Shown: positions 39,413 through 51,305, counted from the stretch's first letter. The stretch is 64,000 nt of DNA from Desulfomonilia bacterium (GCA_963664325.2 CAXXDQ010000004.1:480001-544000), one strand, 5' to 3'. Notes: generated by a model not told the origin, from the sequence alone. Numbers and translations are program-made.

Positions 39413-39874
39413 TTATTTACGCGGTCTCTTTATCAACCCCTGTATTTCGCTCATGAATTCGTTTACGTCCTTAAATTCACGGTATACCGATGCGAAGCGG
39501 ACATAGGCGACAGGGTCAAGGCTGTGAAGCTTGTCCATTATAAGCTCGCCGATGAAAGAACTGGGCACTTCCCTTTCACCCCTCGTTTGAATCTCCTGGA
39601 TCACCGAATCCTTTATCGCATCGATTTCTTCAGTCGGGACCGGTCTTTTCTCGCAGGCCTTTCTAAGGCCTGCGAGGATCTTTTCCGGATTCAGGGGTAC
39701 CCTTGCGCCGTCTTTCTTGACAACGACGGGAATGAATTCCTCGATCTGTTCGTATGTGGTAAACCTAAGGCCGCAATGGGCGCATTCACGGCGCCTGCGT
39801 ATGGCCGAACCGTCCCTGTTCGGTCTTGATTCGATAACCTTGTCTTCCACCCCGGAACAACTGGGGCAGCGCAT
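39413..39874 (-). CDS. nrdR: Transcriptional repressor NrdR
   Basis: MRCP.C...D.VIESR...IRRRREC..C..RFTTYE; D.VAYVRFASVY. Confidence 0.97.
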   Translation of the reverse strand: MRCPSCSGVEDKVIESRPNRDGSAIRRRRECAHCGLRFTTYEQIEEFIPVVVKKDGARVPLNPEKILAGLRKACEKRPVPTEEIDAIKDSVIQEIQTRGEREVPSSFIGELIMDKLHSLDPVAYVRFASVYREFKDVNEFMSEIQGLIKRPRK

Positions 39875-41116
39875 TTAATGCTCCTGATAGATCGGGAATT
39901 TCGAGGTCAGCTCTCCTACCTCTTTTCTCACCTCTTCGATTACCTCGGGGTTGCCCTTGGAATTCAGGATGCGCGCGATCATATCCGCTATGTTCCTGAC
40001 TTCGGTTTCCTTCATGCCCCTCGTCGTTACAGCAGGCGTTCCAATGCGGATTCCTGATGTGACGAACGGGCTTCTGGTCTCGTTAGGGACCGTGTTTTTA
40101 TTGACGGTTATCCATGCATCATCAAGCCATACCTGCCCGTCCTTACCTGTGATGTCGGTCTCCGAAAGGTCCATCAGCATCAGGTGGTTGTCTGTCCCGC
40201 CCGAGACCAGTTTGAACCCGAGTTTTATGAACTCGTCAGCCATGGCGGCGGCGTTCTTGACCACCTGTCCCTGATAGGTCTTGAATTCGGGCTGCATCGC
40301 TTCCTTGAGGGCCACGGCCTTTGCAGCTATGACATGCATCAGGGGCCCACCCTGCATGCCCGGAAAAACGCTTGAATTAAGCTTCTTGCCCATTTCCTCC
40401 CTGCACAGTATCATGCCGCCCCTCGGCCCGCGGAGGGTCTTGTGCGTAGTCGTCGTTACGAAATCGGCATAGGGCACGGGGCTCGGATGGAACCCGGTTG
40501 CCACAAGGCCCGCTATATGGGCCATGTCGACCATGAAATAAGAGCCGACTTCATCGGCAATCTCGCGGAAGAGCTTATAATCGATTATTCTCGGATAAGC
40601 GCTCGCCCCTGCAATTATCAGCTTGGGGCTGTGCTTTTTTGCAAGATCTCTGACTTCGTCATAATCAATCCTGTGATTGTCCTTTCTGACGCCATAAGGG
40701 ACCACTTTATAAAGTTTTCCCGAGAAATTGACAGGAGAGCCCATTGAAAGATGACCGCCCTCGGACAGGTTCATGCCCAGGTAGGTGTCTCCGTGTTCAA
40801 GGATGGTGAAATATACGGCCATATTGGCCTGGCTGCCGGAATGAGGCTGGACATTTGCAAACTCTGCCCCGAAGAGCTTCTTGGCCCTGTCTATGGCGAG
40901 GTCTTCGGCGACATCAACGTATTCGCATCCCCCATAGTAACGCTTTGCCGGATACCCTTCGGCATATTTATTTGTCATTACACAGCCCTGCGCCTCAAGT
41001 ACCGCATCGCTGACTATATTTTCCGAAGCTATCAGTTCGAGTTTGTTCCGCTGTCTTGTGAGCTCTTCTTCAATAGCATAAAAGACTTCCGGGTCCGTCT
41101 GCATAAGATTTCTCAT
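39875..41116 (-). CDS. glyA: Serine hydroxymethyltransferase
   Basis: [28 protein letters not shown]. Confidence 0.98.
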   Translation of the reverse strand: MRNLMQTDPEVFYAIEEELTRQRNKLELIASENIVSDAVLEAQGCVMTNKYAEGYPAKRYYGGCEYVDVAEDLAIDRAKKLFGAEFANVQPHSGSQANMAVYFTILEHGDTYLGMNLSEGGHLSMGSPVNFSGKLYKVVPYGVRKDNHRIDYDEVRDLAKKHSPKLIIAGASAYPRIIDYKLFREIADEVGSYFMVDMAHIAGLVATGFHPSPVPYADFVTTTTHKTLRGPRGGMILCREEMGKKLNSSVFPGMQGGPLMHVIAAKAVALKEAMQPEFKTYQGQVVKNAAAMADEFIKLGFKLVSGGTDNHLMLMDLSETDITGKDGQVWLDDAWITVNKNTVPNETRSPFVTSGIRIGTPAVTTRGMKETEVRNIADMIARILNSKGNPEVIEEVRKEVGELTSKFPIYQEH

Positions 41117-41127
41117 TGTCTGGCTCC

Positions 41128-41580
41128 CTAATATTTATTTATTTCAGCCGCCCTGAACTCGATTTTTTCAAGCCTGCCATGGTGGCGACCCCCGGCAAAA
41201 GGGGTTTCCAGCCATATTTTTATCATATCTTCCGCAACCCCGGGCCCGATCACCCTGGCGCCCATGACAAGGCAGTTTGAATCGTTGTGTTCGCGTGCCA
41301 GGCGGGCGGTGTAGGCGTCATGGCAAAGTGTGGCGCGTATACCGGACACCCTGTTTGCAGCTATGGACATGCCGATTCCGGTTCCGCACACAAGTATGAT
41401 CCGCTCGCATAATCCGTCTTTATATGCCTTAAGAGCCTTTGCCGCATAATCGGGATAGTCAACCGATTCTGTAGAGTCTGTTCCCAGGTCTGTTATCTCG
41501 CACTTGGCCTCTCTCAGGGCTTTTTTTACTGTATCCTTGAGCGCTATGCCGCCATGGTCGCATGCTATGGCAACTCTCAT
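41128..41580 (-). CDS. rpiB: Ribose-5-phosphate isomerase B
   Basis: DHGG, DYPD, CGTGIG, AREHN, F.GGRH. Confidence 0.96.
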   Translation of the reverse strand: MRVAIACDHGGIALKDTVKKALREAKCEITDLGTDSTESVDYPDYAAKALKAYKDGLCERIILVCGTGIGMSIAANRVSGIRATLCHDAYTARLAREHNDSNCLVMGARVIGPGVAEDMIKIWLETPFAGGRHHGRLEKIEFRAAEINKY

Positions 41581-41589
41581 AAGATCCTC

Positions 41590-42819
41590 CTATTCGCCTT
41601 TGCCTATGACAAGGCATGCATTCTGTCCGCCGAAGCCAAATGAGTTGTTGATACAGTATTTCGTCTCCATGGGGACGGCAACGTTGGGAATATAATCAAG
41701 ATCGCACTCGGGGTCGGGATTATTAAGGTTGATCGTTGGAGGCAGAAGGGAATTGTTCAGCGCCAGAATGCTTATGGCCGTCTCCAGGGCGGCCGCCCCT
41801 CCTATAAGATGGCCGGTCATGGATTTTGTCGAACTGATTTTCAAATTATACGCATGCGGACCGAAAACCTTTTTTATGGCGACGGTCTCCGCCTTGTCGT
41901 TCAATGAAGTCGAAGTGCCGTGAGCATTGATATAGCCTATCTGTTCGGGTTTCAGCCCCGAATCCTTTATGGCCTGCTGCATGGCATAAACGACGGCAGG
42001 GCCATCCGGATCGGGTGCAACAATATGATAGGCATCCTGGCTCATCCCGATGCCGAGAAGCCTTGCCAGAACGGTTGCTCCCCTTTCCCTGGCGGCACTC
42101 TCTTTTTCCAGGACAAACATTGCGCCGCCCTCGCTCATAACAAAGCCGTCCCTTTCTTTGTCAAAAGGACGTGACGCGCCTGACGGATCACTGTTCCTGG
42201 TGGACAGGGCCCTCATTGCTGCAAAACCCGAAATTACAAATCTTGTCAAACAGGCCTCTACCCCGCCTGCGATCATGCAGTCGGCATCTCCTGCCTGGAT
42301 CAGCCTTGCCGCAAGGCCAAGCGCATGTCCGCCTGTCGCGCAGGCCGAGGCAACAGCCATACCCGGACCCTTTGAGCCGGTGAGTATGGATAGATAACCG
42401 GTTGCCATGTTCGAGATGTACATGGGAACAGAAAGGGGAGACATCCTTTTTGGACCGCGTTCCCTGAACACGGCATTTTGTTCTTCATATGTTACGACGC
42501 CGCCGGATCCGGTACCGACAATTACACCCATTCTGAAATCAGGGTACGTCTCTTTTGTAATACCCGCCTGGTTTACCGCATCAAGACCGGCCGTGACTCC
42601 CATCTGGGCATAACGGTCAAGCCGGCCGGAATCTTTATTCCCAAGGTATTTTGACGGATTAAAGCTTAAGGCCAAACCTCCGAAGGTTACCGGGAGGCCT
42701 TCCAGGAAGTCAATTTTTGCTATGCCTGACCTGCCTGATGAAACGCCATTCCAGAGTTCCTCGATGGTACTTCCCAGGGGTGAAACAACCCCCATCCCTG
42801 TAATGGCAATGTGTTCCAT
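41590..42819 (-). CDS. fabF: 3-oxoacyl-ACP synthase II
   Basis: SACATG, SRPFD..RDGFV, NAHGTST, STKSMTGH, NSFGFGG. Confidence 0.95.
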   Translation of the reverse strand: MEHIAITGMGVVSPLGSTIEELWNGVSSGRSGIAKIDFLEGLPVTFGGLALSFNPSKYLGNKDSGRLDRYAQMGVTAGLDAVNQAGITKETYPDFRMGVIVGTGSGGVVTYEEQNAVFRERGPKRMSPLSVPMYISNMATGYLSILTGSKGPGMAVASACATGGHALGLAARLIQAGDADCMIAGGVEACLTRFVISGFAAMRALSTRNSDPSGASRPFDKERDGFVMSEGGAMFVLEKESAARERGATVLARLLGIGMSQDAYHIVAPDPDGPAVVYAMQQAIKDSGLKPEQIGYINAHGTSTSLNDKAETVAIKKVFGPHAYNLKISSTKSMTGHLIGGAAALETAISILALNNSLLPPTINLNNPDPECDLDYIPNVAVPMETKYCINNSFGFGGQNACLVIGKGE

Positions 42820-42832
42820 TTAGAGAGTATGA

Positions 42833-43075
42833 TTATTTTATTGCCAGTTTGTCCTGGACGTATTTTATGGCATCCTTGACAAATTTAATATTTTCCGCTG
42901 CGTCATCAGGAATTTCAATTCCAAATTCGTCCTCTACGGCCATTATTAGCTCGACAAGGTCTAACGAATCCGCGCCCAGGTCGTCTGCGAAAGACATTTC
43001 AGGCGTAATCTCCGAAGGATTCCTGTCAAGCTGCTCTGCTATCAGTTCTATGACACGTTTCTGAACATCAACCAT
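42833..43075 (-). CDS. acpP: Acyl carrier protein
   Basis: [17 protein letters not shown]. Confidence 0.97.
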   Translation of the reverse strand: MVDVQKRVIELIAEQLDRNPSEITPEMSFADDLGADSLDLVELIMAVEDEFGIEIPDDAAENIKFVKDAIKYVQDKLAIK

Positions 43076-43190
43076 GTATTACCTCCCCTGAGGATTTTTG
43101 AGGTTATTCATCTAAAGCCGCAAGCAGTTAAATTGTGCAAACTACTTGTAACATATATCAGGATTTGTGAGAAGTGCTTAGAGTATGTTC

Positions 43191-44027
43191 TTACTTAACA
43201 GTCAATATTTTACAATCAAAACCAGGAGCAATTTTTCTTATCAATGCGGCGAGTACGGATTTGGGACCGATCTCAATAAATGTGTCTATCCCTTTAGACA
43301 GGGCGTATTCAACGGATTGAGCCCATCTTACCGGGCTTGTAAGCTGCCTTCTCAACAGGTCTTTTATCTTATCGGGTTCGGTTTCGGTACCTGCCGTAAC
43401 ATTAAAAACGATATCGCAGACAGGTTTTTTGATTTCAATTTGTTCAAGATATTCCGAGAGTTTTTCACTGGCTCCATTCATAAGAGGACAGTGCGATGCC
43501 ACGCTGACGCTTAAAGGAACAACTCTGGCTTTTTTTTCCTTCAATAGCGGGACAGCCCTTTCCAATGCGTCTTTTGTACCGGATATAACTATCTGGCCTG
43601 CGCCGTTGATGTTGGCCATATAGACATCCCCGAGGCGGGGCTATGGCTTCGGCTCAGAGCTGCTTCGTTAAGACCCATTACAGCGGCCATTGAACCGGCA
43701 GGGGAATCCTGCATGAATTCCCCCCCGTTTTTTCACCAGTTGGACCGCATCTGAAAGTTTCAGGGAACCTGAGGCAACGAGCGCTGAATATTCGCCCAGG
43801 CTGTGCCCCATAACCATTGCAGGTGAATCGAATCCGGATTCTTTCCACAGGGCAATGCTGACCGAAAGTACCGCGGGCTGTGCATTCACAGTAAGGTTGA
43901 GCTCCTCTTCAGGCCCCTCAGCCATCAGTTTTCCGAGCTCTTGAGGTACGTCAGGAAGACTGAGACCCCCGGTCATACCTATAAACCCTGCGTTCCCTGG
44001 ACCGGGAAAGACTATGCAGTACTGCAT
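43191..44027 (-). CDS. fabD: Malonyl-CoA:ACP transacylase (frameshifted in this sequence)
   Basis: VFPG, AQPA, GHSLGEY, ANIN..Q.V.SG, VASHC, PVRW, EIGP spread over several frames. Confidence 0.9.
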
Positions 44028-44228
44028 TACTTCTTGTCTTTTTCTTTTTCTTCTTTGGGCTTTACGACTTCCTTGCCTTTATAATATCCGCAGCTGGGGC
44101 AGACTCTGTGGGGCGGTTTGGGCTCATTGCAATTCCGGCAGAATGAAACAGCCGGCAGAGCTGCATGGTCGTGTGCCCTCTTTTTGTCTCTTCTCGTTGT
44201 CGAATGTCTCCTCTTTGGGTACAGGCAT
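44027..44228 (-). CDS. rpmF: 50S ribosomal protein L32 (+1 indel near 44215)
   Basis: MPVPK/RRHSTTRRDKKRAH...CRNCNEPKPPHRVCPSCGYYKG; span 202 bp = 3n+1; TAATG overlap with fabD. Confidence 0.92.
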
Positions 44229-44229
44229 T

Positions 44230-44786
44230 TTACTCCCTCCTGAGTTTTGACTTTATAGTCGCTAATTTTTCAAGTCTTGGATCCATGTTCTTTTTACAGG
44301 CACATAAACCTTCATTAAGGTTAGCGCCGCATTCAGGGCACAATCCCTTGCACCCGTTCCTGCACTCGTACCTTATAGGCATGGATAGCACCATCTCTGA
44401 AAGTATGAAAGAGCCGAGGCAGATATCTTTTCTGTAATAACCCACTTCCTGGCTCTGCCTTAAGGCCTCAAGGTCACCGTGCATATCATCAAGGGCCGGA
44501 AAATAATCTGTGGCAAGGGTTAAATCTATCTTGTATTTCATTACTTCCAAGACAGATCGAGCACGGAGTTTCGACCTCTGATTTTATGTTAACTTCGGCA
44601 TGGATTACATCGCCTTCTTTTGTCAGGGCATAATTAATTTTCAGCGGCTTTACAGGTTGTTATGTCGCCATTCATCAGTATTTCCGAAAGGATTTCAGGT
44701 TTGAATGACAAAGAGTTTTCAACCCCGAGATCCCCGATCGTATCAGCCGGTATTTTAATATCTTCTATTTTATTTATGCTTGCCAT
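44230..44786 (-). CDS. yceD: YceD/DUF177 family protein (frameshifted)
   Basis: PCSICL, C...CKGLCPECG.NLN...C.C...DPR; canonical position before rpmF. Confidence 0.85.
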
Positions 44787-44969
44787 AAGTGTAGCACATG
44801 CTACTATTTCATTGATTTTTCTTTGTCAAGAAAATCCCCTTGCAGCTTTAACCGCAATTGCCGGTACGAGTCGGCACATGAAAAAAAATTAATAATATTC
44901 TTAAATAATATTAAAAGTTCTCCGATAAGGACTCTAATAGAAAATATAAAACATAATAACGGGGTAGCA

Positions 44970-46718
44970 ATGGCTGAAAGGAACAGAAAGAACAGGAATC
45001 CTTTGCAGCCGGGGGTCGCTGACAGAAAAGTTGCGGGTAAAAAAGTACAAGTCCCCCCTGAAAGGATTCTGACTCATCTTAGAGATGTCGTTCTTGTAAT
45101 CAAAAAGGATTTGAGGATCGCATGGGCAAGCCCATTCAGTTTCTGGTGAATGGGGCTATGATGACGCTAAACTGGCCGGAAAGGATGTAAACATGATCCT
45201 GAATCCCTTCTGCTGCCAGGATATTCATGAATGCATTTGACGAAGCACTGTCGGAGAACACTTCCCCTGCCCTCAATCGAAATGCCATTTGAACTGTCCG
45301 TGACTGCCGGGGACGGCTCGAACCTTTGGGTTGAAGCAAGCTGCAGCTTTGTCAGGGATTTTGATGGCGGCGGGAGTGCCATAGTCCTGCTGCTGCCGGG
45401 ATACTTCACTGAGAAAACTTATCGACGACACAATGCAGGAAAATATCAGCCTGCTCCAGATACTCATCGATTCCATTCCGGATGCTATTTTCATCATGGA
45501 TAAGAACGGACGCATTGAAGGCGTAAACAGGTCATTTGAAGATGCAATAGGCCAGCCCGGGGCAACTCTTAACGGAAAGACGCTAAAGGATCTGAACCCG
45601 GCATCCTCCGGCGAACTGATCAACTGGCTTAATACAATAATATCCAGCCTTGAAGGCAGCGCAAAGATACCGCTCGATCAGATAAAATATGCGGACGGGG
45701 GTGTCAGGGATATAGTATTCAACATGATCCCGTATCTGAGCTCTTCCGGTGAGTGTCTGGGAACAATAGGCCGTGGTATACGATGTGACGGAAAGAAAAC
45801 GCCTTGAGAATTCCCTGAGGAAAGAGACAGAAGAACTCAAGGAAGCCCGTGAGGAGCTCTCAAAGAAGAACTCCGAACTTGAAGCCGCGTATACGGAGTT
45901 AAAAGAGACACAGGCTCAAATTCTGCAGCAGGAGAAGATGGCATCAATCGGGCAGCTTGCAGCGGGAGTTGCACACGAGATTAATAATCCGATAGGTTTC
46001 ATATCCAGCAATCTGAGTTCCCTGTCGAAGTATGTTGACAAGATTTCGGAATTTATGACCGCTCAGTCCTCAGTTGCCGGAATTTGCCCGGATAATGAGA
46101 AGAAGATGGCTCTCGAAGAAAAAAAGAAGATATTGAAGATAGACTACATCCAGGACGATATTAAAGACCCTTATCTCGGAATCTCTCGACGGCGCCGAGA
46201 GGGGTCAAGAAAATAGTTCAGGACCTGAAATCGTTCTCAAGGAACGACCAGCTTGAATACCGGGAAGCTGATATAAACGAATGCATGGAAAGCACATTCA
46301 ACATTGTCTGGAATGAGCTCAGATATAAGGCAACCGTAATAAAGGAATATGGCGATATACCTCTTGCGAGATGTTTTCCCCAGCAGATAAACCAGGTGTT
46401 TATGAACCTGCTGGTCAATGCCGTTCATTGCCATTGAAACATCCGGCGAGATCCGTGTGAAAACCTGGGATAAAAATGGATGGATATACGCTTCGATATC
46501 CGATACCGGCCAAGGGATTCCTCCCGAACTGTTAAACAAGATATTCGAACCTTTCTTTACTACGAAAGAAGCCGGTGAAAGGCACAGGTCTCGGTCTGAG
46601 CATTACATACGACATAGTAAGGAAACATGGTGGAGATATATCTGTCGAGAGTGAATCAGGCAGAGGCACCACTTTTACGGTTAGCCTGCCGATAGCAGGG
46701 GTTATTTTCGATGAATAG
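44970..46718 (+). CDS. PAS-PAS sensor histidine kinase (multiple frameshifts)
   Basis: PAS segments, [51 protein letters not shown]. Confidence 0.85.
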
Positions 46719-47529
46719 AAAGATTCGAATCCTTTTCGTAGACGATGAGCAGTCGATACTCAATTCGATGAAACGCCTGTTCATGAACTGCGATTACGAT
46801 ATCCTGACAGCCATATCGGGAGAACAGGGTCTGGAGAAAATCAAGAACAGCCAGCCGGTGCATATCGTCGTTTCCGATTACAGAATGCCGGGTATGAACG
46901 GGGTGGAGTTTTTAAAGGCAGTCAGTAAATACTGGCCTGATTCAGTCAGGATTATCCTTTCAGGTTATGTAGATACCGCAAACGTCATAGCCGCAATCAA
47001 TAGCGGCCAGGTATTCAAAGTCATTACCAAACCATGGAACGACGATGATTTCAGAAATATCATCATAGATTCTGCAGAAAAATATTACACCCAGGAACAC
47101 AACATGGAAACAAGCAGCGTATGGAAACTTGTTGAATCCCTTCCGCTCATAATGCTCAAATTTAATAACGGGGGAGAAATTGTCTGGATGAACCCGAAGG
47201 CCGTCGAAGTGTTCGGGGAAAAGATGCTTCAAAAAAATACAACAGAAGTCTTGCCGGAAATTAAAGAAGTCGTATCTGATGCAAAGGATGCGGGGGAAGC
47301 ATCAGATGTGGTCCTTATAGGAGGCAAATACTATAAGGCCTATGCAGCTAAACTTCAGAAAAACGGAAGCAGTGAAGGCTGTATCCTTGTGCTGGATCTG
47401 AAAGTGAGAATGTCTGAAAATATCCTTATCAGGGAACTTGGCGGAGATATTGCTTTCGAGAGTGAATCGGGCAGGGGCACCGCCTTCACGGTAAGCCGGC
47501 CGGCAGCGGGGGTGAAGTTCGATGAGTAG
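46711..47529 (+). CDS. REC-PAS protein with a kinase-derived tail (copy 1)
   Basis: LFVDDE, SDYRMP, KPW; PAS-like N..A..FG. Confidence 0.88.
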   Translation: MNRKIRILFVDDEQSILNSMKRLFMNCDYDILTAISGEQGLEKIKNSQPVHIVVSDYRMPGMNGVEFLKAVSKYWPDSVRIILSGYVDTANVIAAINSGQVFKVITKPWNDDDFRNIIIDSAEKYYTQEHNMETSSVWKLVESLPLIMLKFNNGGEIVWMNPKAVEVFGEKMLQKNTTEVLPEIKEVVSDAKDAGEASDVVLIGGKYYKAYAAKLQKNGSSEGCILVLDLKVRMSENILIRELGGDIAFESESGRGTAFTVSRPAAGVKFDE

Positions 47530-48340
47530 AAAGATCAGAATCCTTTTTGTCGATGACGAGCAGCCGATACTCAATACCATGAGGCGCCTGTTCATGAACA
47601 GCGGATATGATATCCTGACAGCGGAATCGGGTGAAGAAGGATTGCAGAAAATCAAGGATAACACGCCCGTGCATATAGTCGTATCAGATTACAGGATGCC
47701 CGGTATGAACGGGGTTGAGTTTTTGAAGACAGTCAATACACGCTGGCCTGATACCGTAAGGATTGTGCTTTCAGGTCATGCGGATACCGCAAATGTCATA
47801 GCGGCAATCAATGAAGGTCAGATATTCAAGATCATTACCAAGCCCTGGAACGATGATGATTTTAAAAATATTATCATAGACGCTGCAGAAAAATATCACA
47901 TCCAGGAACACAACATGGAAGCCCGCAACGCATGGAAACTTATAGAAGCCCTGCCGCTCATAATGCTCAGATTTGATACTGATGGGAAAATTGTGTGGAT
48001 GAACCCTAATGCCGCCGAGGTATTTGGGGAAAAGGCGCTTCAAAAAAATATAGCGGAGGCCTTACCTGAAATTAATGAACTCGCATTTAATGCAAAGGAT
48101 GCAGGAGAAGCGTCGGATATGGTGCTGATCAAGGGCAGGTGCTATAGGGCCGATGCCGCGATGATTGTAAAAAACGGCAACAATGAAGGCTGTATCATGA
48201 TGTTGGATGTGACAGTGAAAATGTCTGAAAACATTCTTATAAAGAAACATGGCGGAGAAACATCTGTCGAGAGTGATTCGGACAATGGGACTATACTCTC
48301 GGCACGCATGCCGTTAGCGGGGGTAAAGTTCAATGAGTAG
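47522..48340 (+). CDS. REC-PAS protein with a kinase-derived tail (copy 2)
   Basis: Same motifs as copy 1. Confidence 0.88.
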   Translation: MSRKIRILFVDDEQPILNTMRRLFMNSGYDILTAESGEEGLQKIKDNTPVHIVVSDYRMPGMNGVEFLKTVNTRWPDTVRIVLSGHADTANVIAAINEGQIFKIITKPWNDDDFKNIIIDAAEKYHIQEHNMEARNAWKLIEALPLIMLRFDTDGKIVWMNPNAAEVFGEKALQKNIAEALPEINELAFNAKDAGEASDMVLIKGRCYRADAAMIVKNGNNEGCIMMLDVTVKMSENILIKKHGGETSVESDSDNGTILSARMPLAGVKFNE

Positions 48341-49979
48341 AAAGATCAGAATCCTTTTTGTCGATGACGAGCAGCCGATGCTCAATACCATGAGACGCCT
48401 GTTCATAAACAGCGGATATGATATCCTGACAGCGGAATCAGGTGAAGCCGGGCTGGAAATGATCAAGAATTTCCCGCCTGTACATATAGTCGTATCAGAT
48501 TACAGGATGCCCGGTATGAACGGTGTGGAGTTTTTAAAGACAGTCAACGCACGCTGGCCTGACACCGTAAGAATTGTTCTTTCTGGTTATGCGGATACTG
48601 CAAACGTCATAGCAGCAATCAACGACGGCCAGATATTCAAGGTCATAACCAAGCCCTGGAACGATGATGATCTTAAAAATATAATCATAGACGCTGCAGA
48701 AAAATATCATACACAGAAAAACAAGATAGAAAGACGCAGTGCCTGGAAACTTATAGAAGCTTTGCCGCTCATAATGCTCAGATTTGACAACGAGGGGAAA
48801 ATCGTCTGGATGAACCCGAAGGCCGCCGAGGTGTTCGGGGAAAAGATGCTTCATAAAAATGTAGCGGAGGCCTTACCTGAAATTGAGGATGTCGTATCTT
48901 ATGCAAAAGACGCCGGAGAGGCGTCGGATCTGGTACTGATAGGCGGCAGGTGCTATAAGGCCGATGCCGCGATGCTTCAGAAAAACGGCAGCAGTGAAGG
49001 CTGCATCCTGGTGCTGGACCAGAAAGTGAAAATGTCTGAAAAGATCCTTATCATAGATGATGAAATAGGAGTTCTTCAGGCTATAAAAAGGATTTTCTGC
49101 GATCTTGGTTTTGAAGTATTGGTGTCTTCAAACCCGATTGAAGCCCTGTCATTCATCAATGATCAGGATATTGCCGTCGTGGTGGCGGATCAAAAAATGC
49201 CCGAAATGTCCGGCCTTGAACTGTTATCCAGGCTGAAAACCATGGCCCCTGATATCAAGCGCATCATGCTTACCGGCTATGGAGATTTGAATATAGCAAT
49301 GTCGGCGATTAATGAATGCGATGTCTTCAGGTTCATATCAAAACCATGGAACGACAAGCAGCTGATCGAAGCGGTTACCGATGCCATAAACGAATACAGG
49401 ATTGTCAAATCGATGCGGCATTCGGATGAAAGCATGCTTTTATCACTCGCTCAGACGGTTGAGCTGAAGGACCCGTATACCAGGGGCCACTGCGACAGGG
49501 TTGCCGACGTCGCACTGTCGATCGCGGAACACCTTGGGCTGCCTCCTGAAACAAAGAAATCGATCATGCATGGAAGCTGGCTGCACGACTGCGGCAAAAT
49601 CGGGATACCCGAGGCGATACTGAATAAGGATGGCCCTCTTTCTCCGGAGGAAATGGATATCATTAAAAAACACCCTGTGTGGGGGGCACATGTTGCAGAG
49701 CTTGCTATGTGTTCGGAAACAGTAATCAATATAATAAACTATCATCATGAGCGTTACGACGGGCTGGGTTATCCGGAAGGAAAACGTGGAAAGGACATCC
49801 CTCTTGAAGCGCGGATTGTAGCCACTGCTGATATTTTCGATGCCCTGGTATCGGACAGGCCATACAGGAAGGCTTTCAGTGTCGATAAGACGCTTGCCAT
49901 TCTCGAAGGCATGAGAAACAAGGAACTTGATCCGGAGCTTCTGGACATTTTTCTCTCGACAATAAATCAAAAGGAGTGA
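48333..49979 (+). CDS. REC-PAS-REC-HD-GYP c-di-GMP phosphodiesterase
   Basis: KDPYT.GH, LHDCGKIG, HHERYDG.GYP, RPYR. Confidence 0.93.
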   Translation: MSRKIRILFVDDEQPMLNTMRRLFINSGYDILTAESGEAGLEMIKNFPPVHIVVSDYRMPGMNGVEFLKTVNARWPDTVRIVLSGYADTANVIAAINDGQIFKVITKPWNDDDLKNIIIDAAEKYHTQKNKIERRSAWKLIEALPLIMLRFDNEGKIVWMNPKAAEVFGEKMLHKNVAEALPEIEDVVSYAKDAGEASDLVLIGGRCYKADAAMLQKNGSSEGCILVLDQKVKMSEKILIIDDEIGVLQAIKRIFCDLGFEVLVSSNPIEALSFINDQDIAVVVADQKMPEMSGLELLSRLKTMAPDIKRIMLTGYGDLNIAMSAINECDVFRFISKPWNDKQLIEAVTDAINEYRIVKSMRHSDESMLLSLAQTVELKDPYTRGHCDRVADVALSIAEHLGLPPETKKSIMHGSWLHDCGKIGIPEAILNKDGPLSPEEMDIIKKHPVWGAHVAELAMCSETVINIINYHHERYDGLGYPEGKRGKDIPLEARIVATADIFDALVSDRPYRKAFSVDKTLAILEGMRNKELDPELLDIFLSTINQKE

Positions 49980-49982
49980 GAG

Positions 49983-51299
49983 ATGGACGGAGGCGAAGAA
50001 AGAATACCATCCAGGGTCCTGATCGTAGATGACGAAGAAAATATAATTCGGTCCCTGACCAGGCTGTTCATGAGTAATGACATCGATGTCCTGTCCGCAT
50101 CCTCGGCTGACGATGCGCTCAAGATTCTTGAAGAAAACGAAGACGTTTCTCTTATTATCTCAGACCAGAGGATGCCCCACAAGACGGGTACAGATTTTCT
50201 CGAGGAGGCGCGCAGGATCAGACCCCTTGCGACAAGGATACTGCTGACCGGGTATTCCGATATAAAGGCTGCAGTCGATGCTATCAATAAAGGCGGGGCC
50301 TACCGTTATCTGACCAAGCCCTGGCAGGATGAAGAACTTCTTCAGGCAGTGCGGGAAGCGGCATACAGGTATGAACTGATTCAGAAAAACAAAAAACTTT
50401 CACTGATCGTTCAGAGGAAGAACGAAGAGCTGAGCGAATGGAATACAAGACTTGAAGCAAGGGTTAAAGAACAGACAGCCGAGCTTCACAGACAGAATGA
50501 ATCCCTTAACGATCTTAACCTGAAACTTTCAGGGAATCTCAGAAGTACTATCGCTGCGCTTTCGGGTCTTATCGAGCTAAGGGACAAGAATGTAAAAAAC
50601 CATTCCGGAAATGTATCGGAACTTGCGGAGAAGGTGGCTGTCTCAATGGGGCTTTCTGCGGAAGAAACCGAAAAGATAGCCGTTGCGGCACTTCTCCATG
50701 ACATAGGCAAAATCGGCATGCAGGACTACCTCCTCAGCAAAAGCATCGCAGAGCTCTCTGAAGATGAATTTAATGAATACAGCCTGCATCCGGTCAGAGG
50801 ACAGGCTGCAATAGACTCAATAGAGGACATGAGGGATATAGGGATTCTGATAAGACATCATCACGAGAATTTTGACGGGAGCGGGTTTCCGGACCGCATC
50901 AAGGGAAACGATATACCTGCAGGTGCAAGGATAATAGCGATTGCAGATTTCATAGACAGGAACCTTGAAAAATATATGAGCGATGTAGCCCTGGATCTGA
51001 CCTTGCGCGACCTGAGCGAACAGCTTGGGAGGCGCTTCGATCCGAGGCTGTATTCACATTTTTCACGTCTTGCCCGTCAAATCTGTTCCCTCACGTCAGG
51101 AGATGTCGAGGCTTCGGAGAGAGAACTGCCGCCTAATGAGCTTAAAGAGGACATGGTAGTCTCCCGTGACGTAAAAAGCGGAACCGGCATACTGCTGCTG
51201 AGTAAAAACATTGCGCTGAATGCAATGAATATAAAGGCGATCAAACGATACTACACGATAGACCCTCCAAAACGCGGTGTGTTTATATGGGCAAGGTAG
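49983..51299 (+). CDS. REC + HD-GYP-like protein
   Basis: SDQRMP; LHDIGKIG; HHENFDGSGFP; lacks RPYR. Confidence 0.88.
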   Translation: MDGGEERIPSRVLIVDDEENIIRSLTRLFMSNDIDVLSASSADDALKILEENEDVSLIISDQRMPHKTGTDFLEEARRIRPLATRILLTGYSDIKAAVDAINKGGAYRYLTKPWQDEELLQAVREAAYRYELIQKNKKLSLIVQRKNEELSEWNTRLEARVKEQTAELHRQNESLNDLNLKLSGNLRSTIAALSGLIELRDKNVKNHSGNVSELAEKVAVSMGLSAEETEKIAVAALLHDIGKIGMQDYLLSKSIAELSEDEFNEYSLHPVRGQAAIDSIEDMRDIGILIRHHHENFDGSGFPDRIKGNDIPAGARIIAIADFIDRNLEKYMSDVALDLTLRDLSEQLGRRFDPRLYSHFSRLARQICSLTSGDVEASERELPPNELKEDMVVSRDVKSGTGILLLSKNIALNAMNIKAIKRYYTIDPPKRGVFIWAR

Positions 51300-51305
51300 A
51301 AAAGC

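Larger units (their letters stand above)
46620..49052 (+). repeat. Diverged tandem triplication with an 811-bp unit
   Basis: Starts at 46711/47522/48333 are exactly 811 bp apart; unit boundaries at ~46620/47431/48242. Confidence 0.93.

Noticed and set aside
43191-46718. Clustered frameshifts in fabD, rpmF, yceD and the histidine kinase as pseudogenisation, phase variation or programmed frameshifting
   Set aside because: Several of the indels fall in short homopolymers, they hit housekeeping genes and they concentrate in ~3 kb. This pattern is typical of a low-coverage long-read consensus; read-level polishing is needed to decide.
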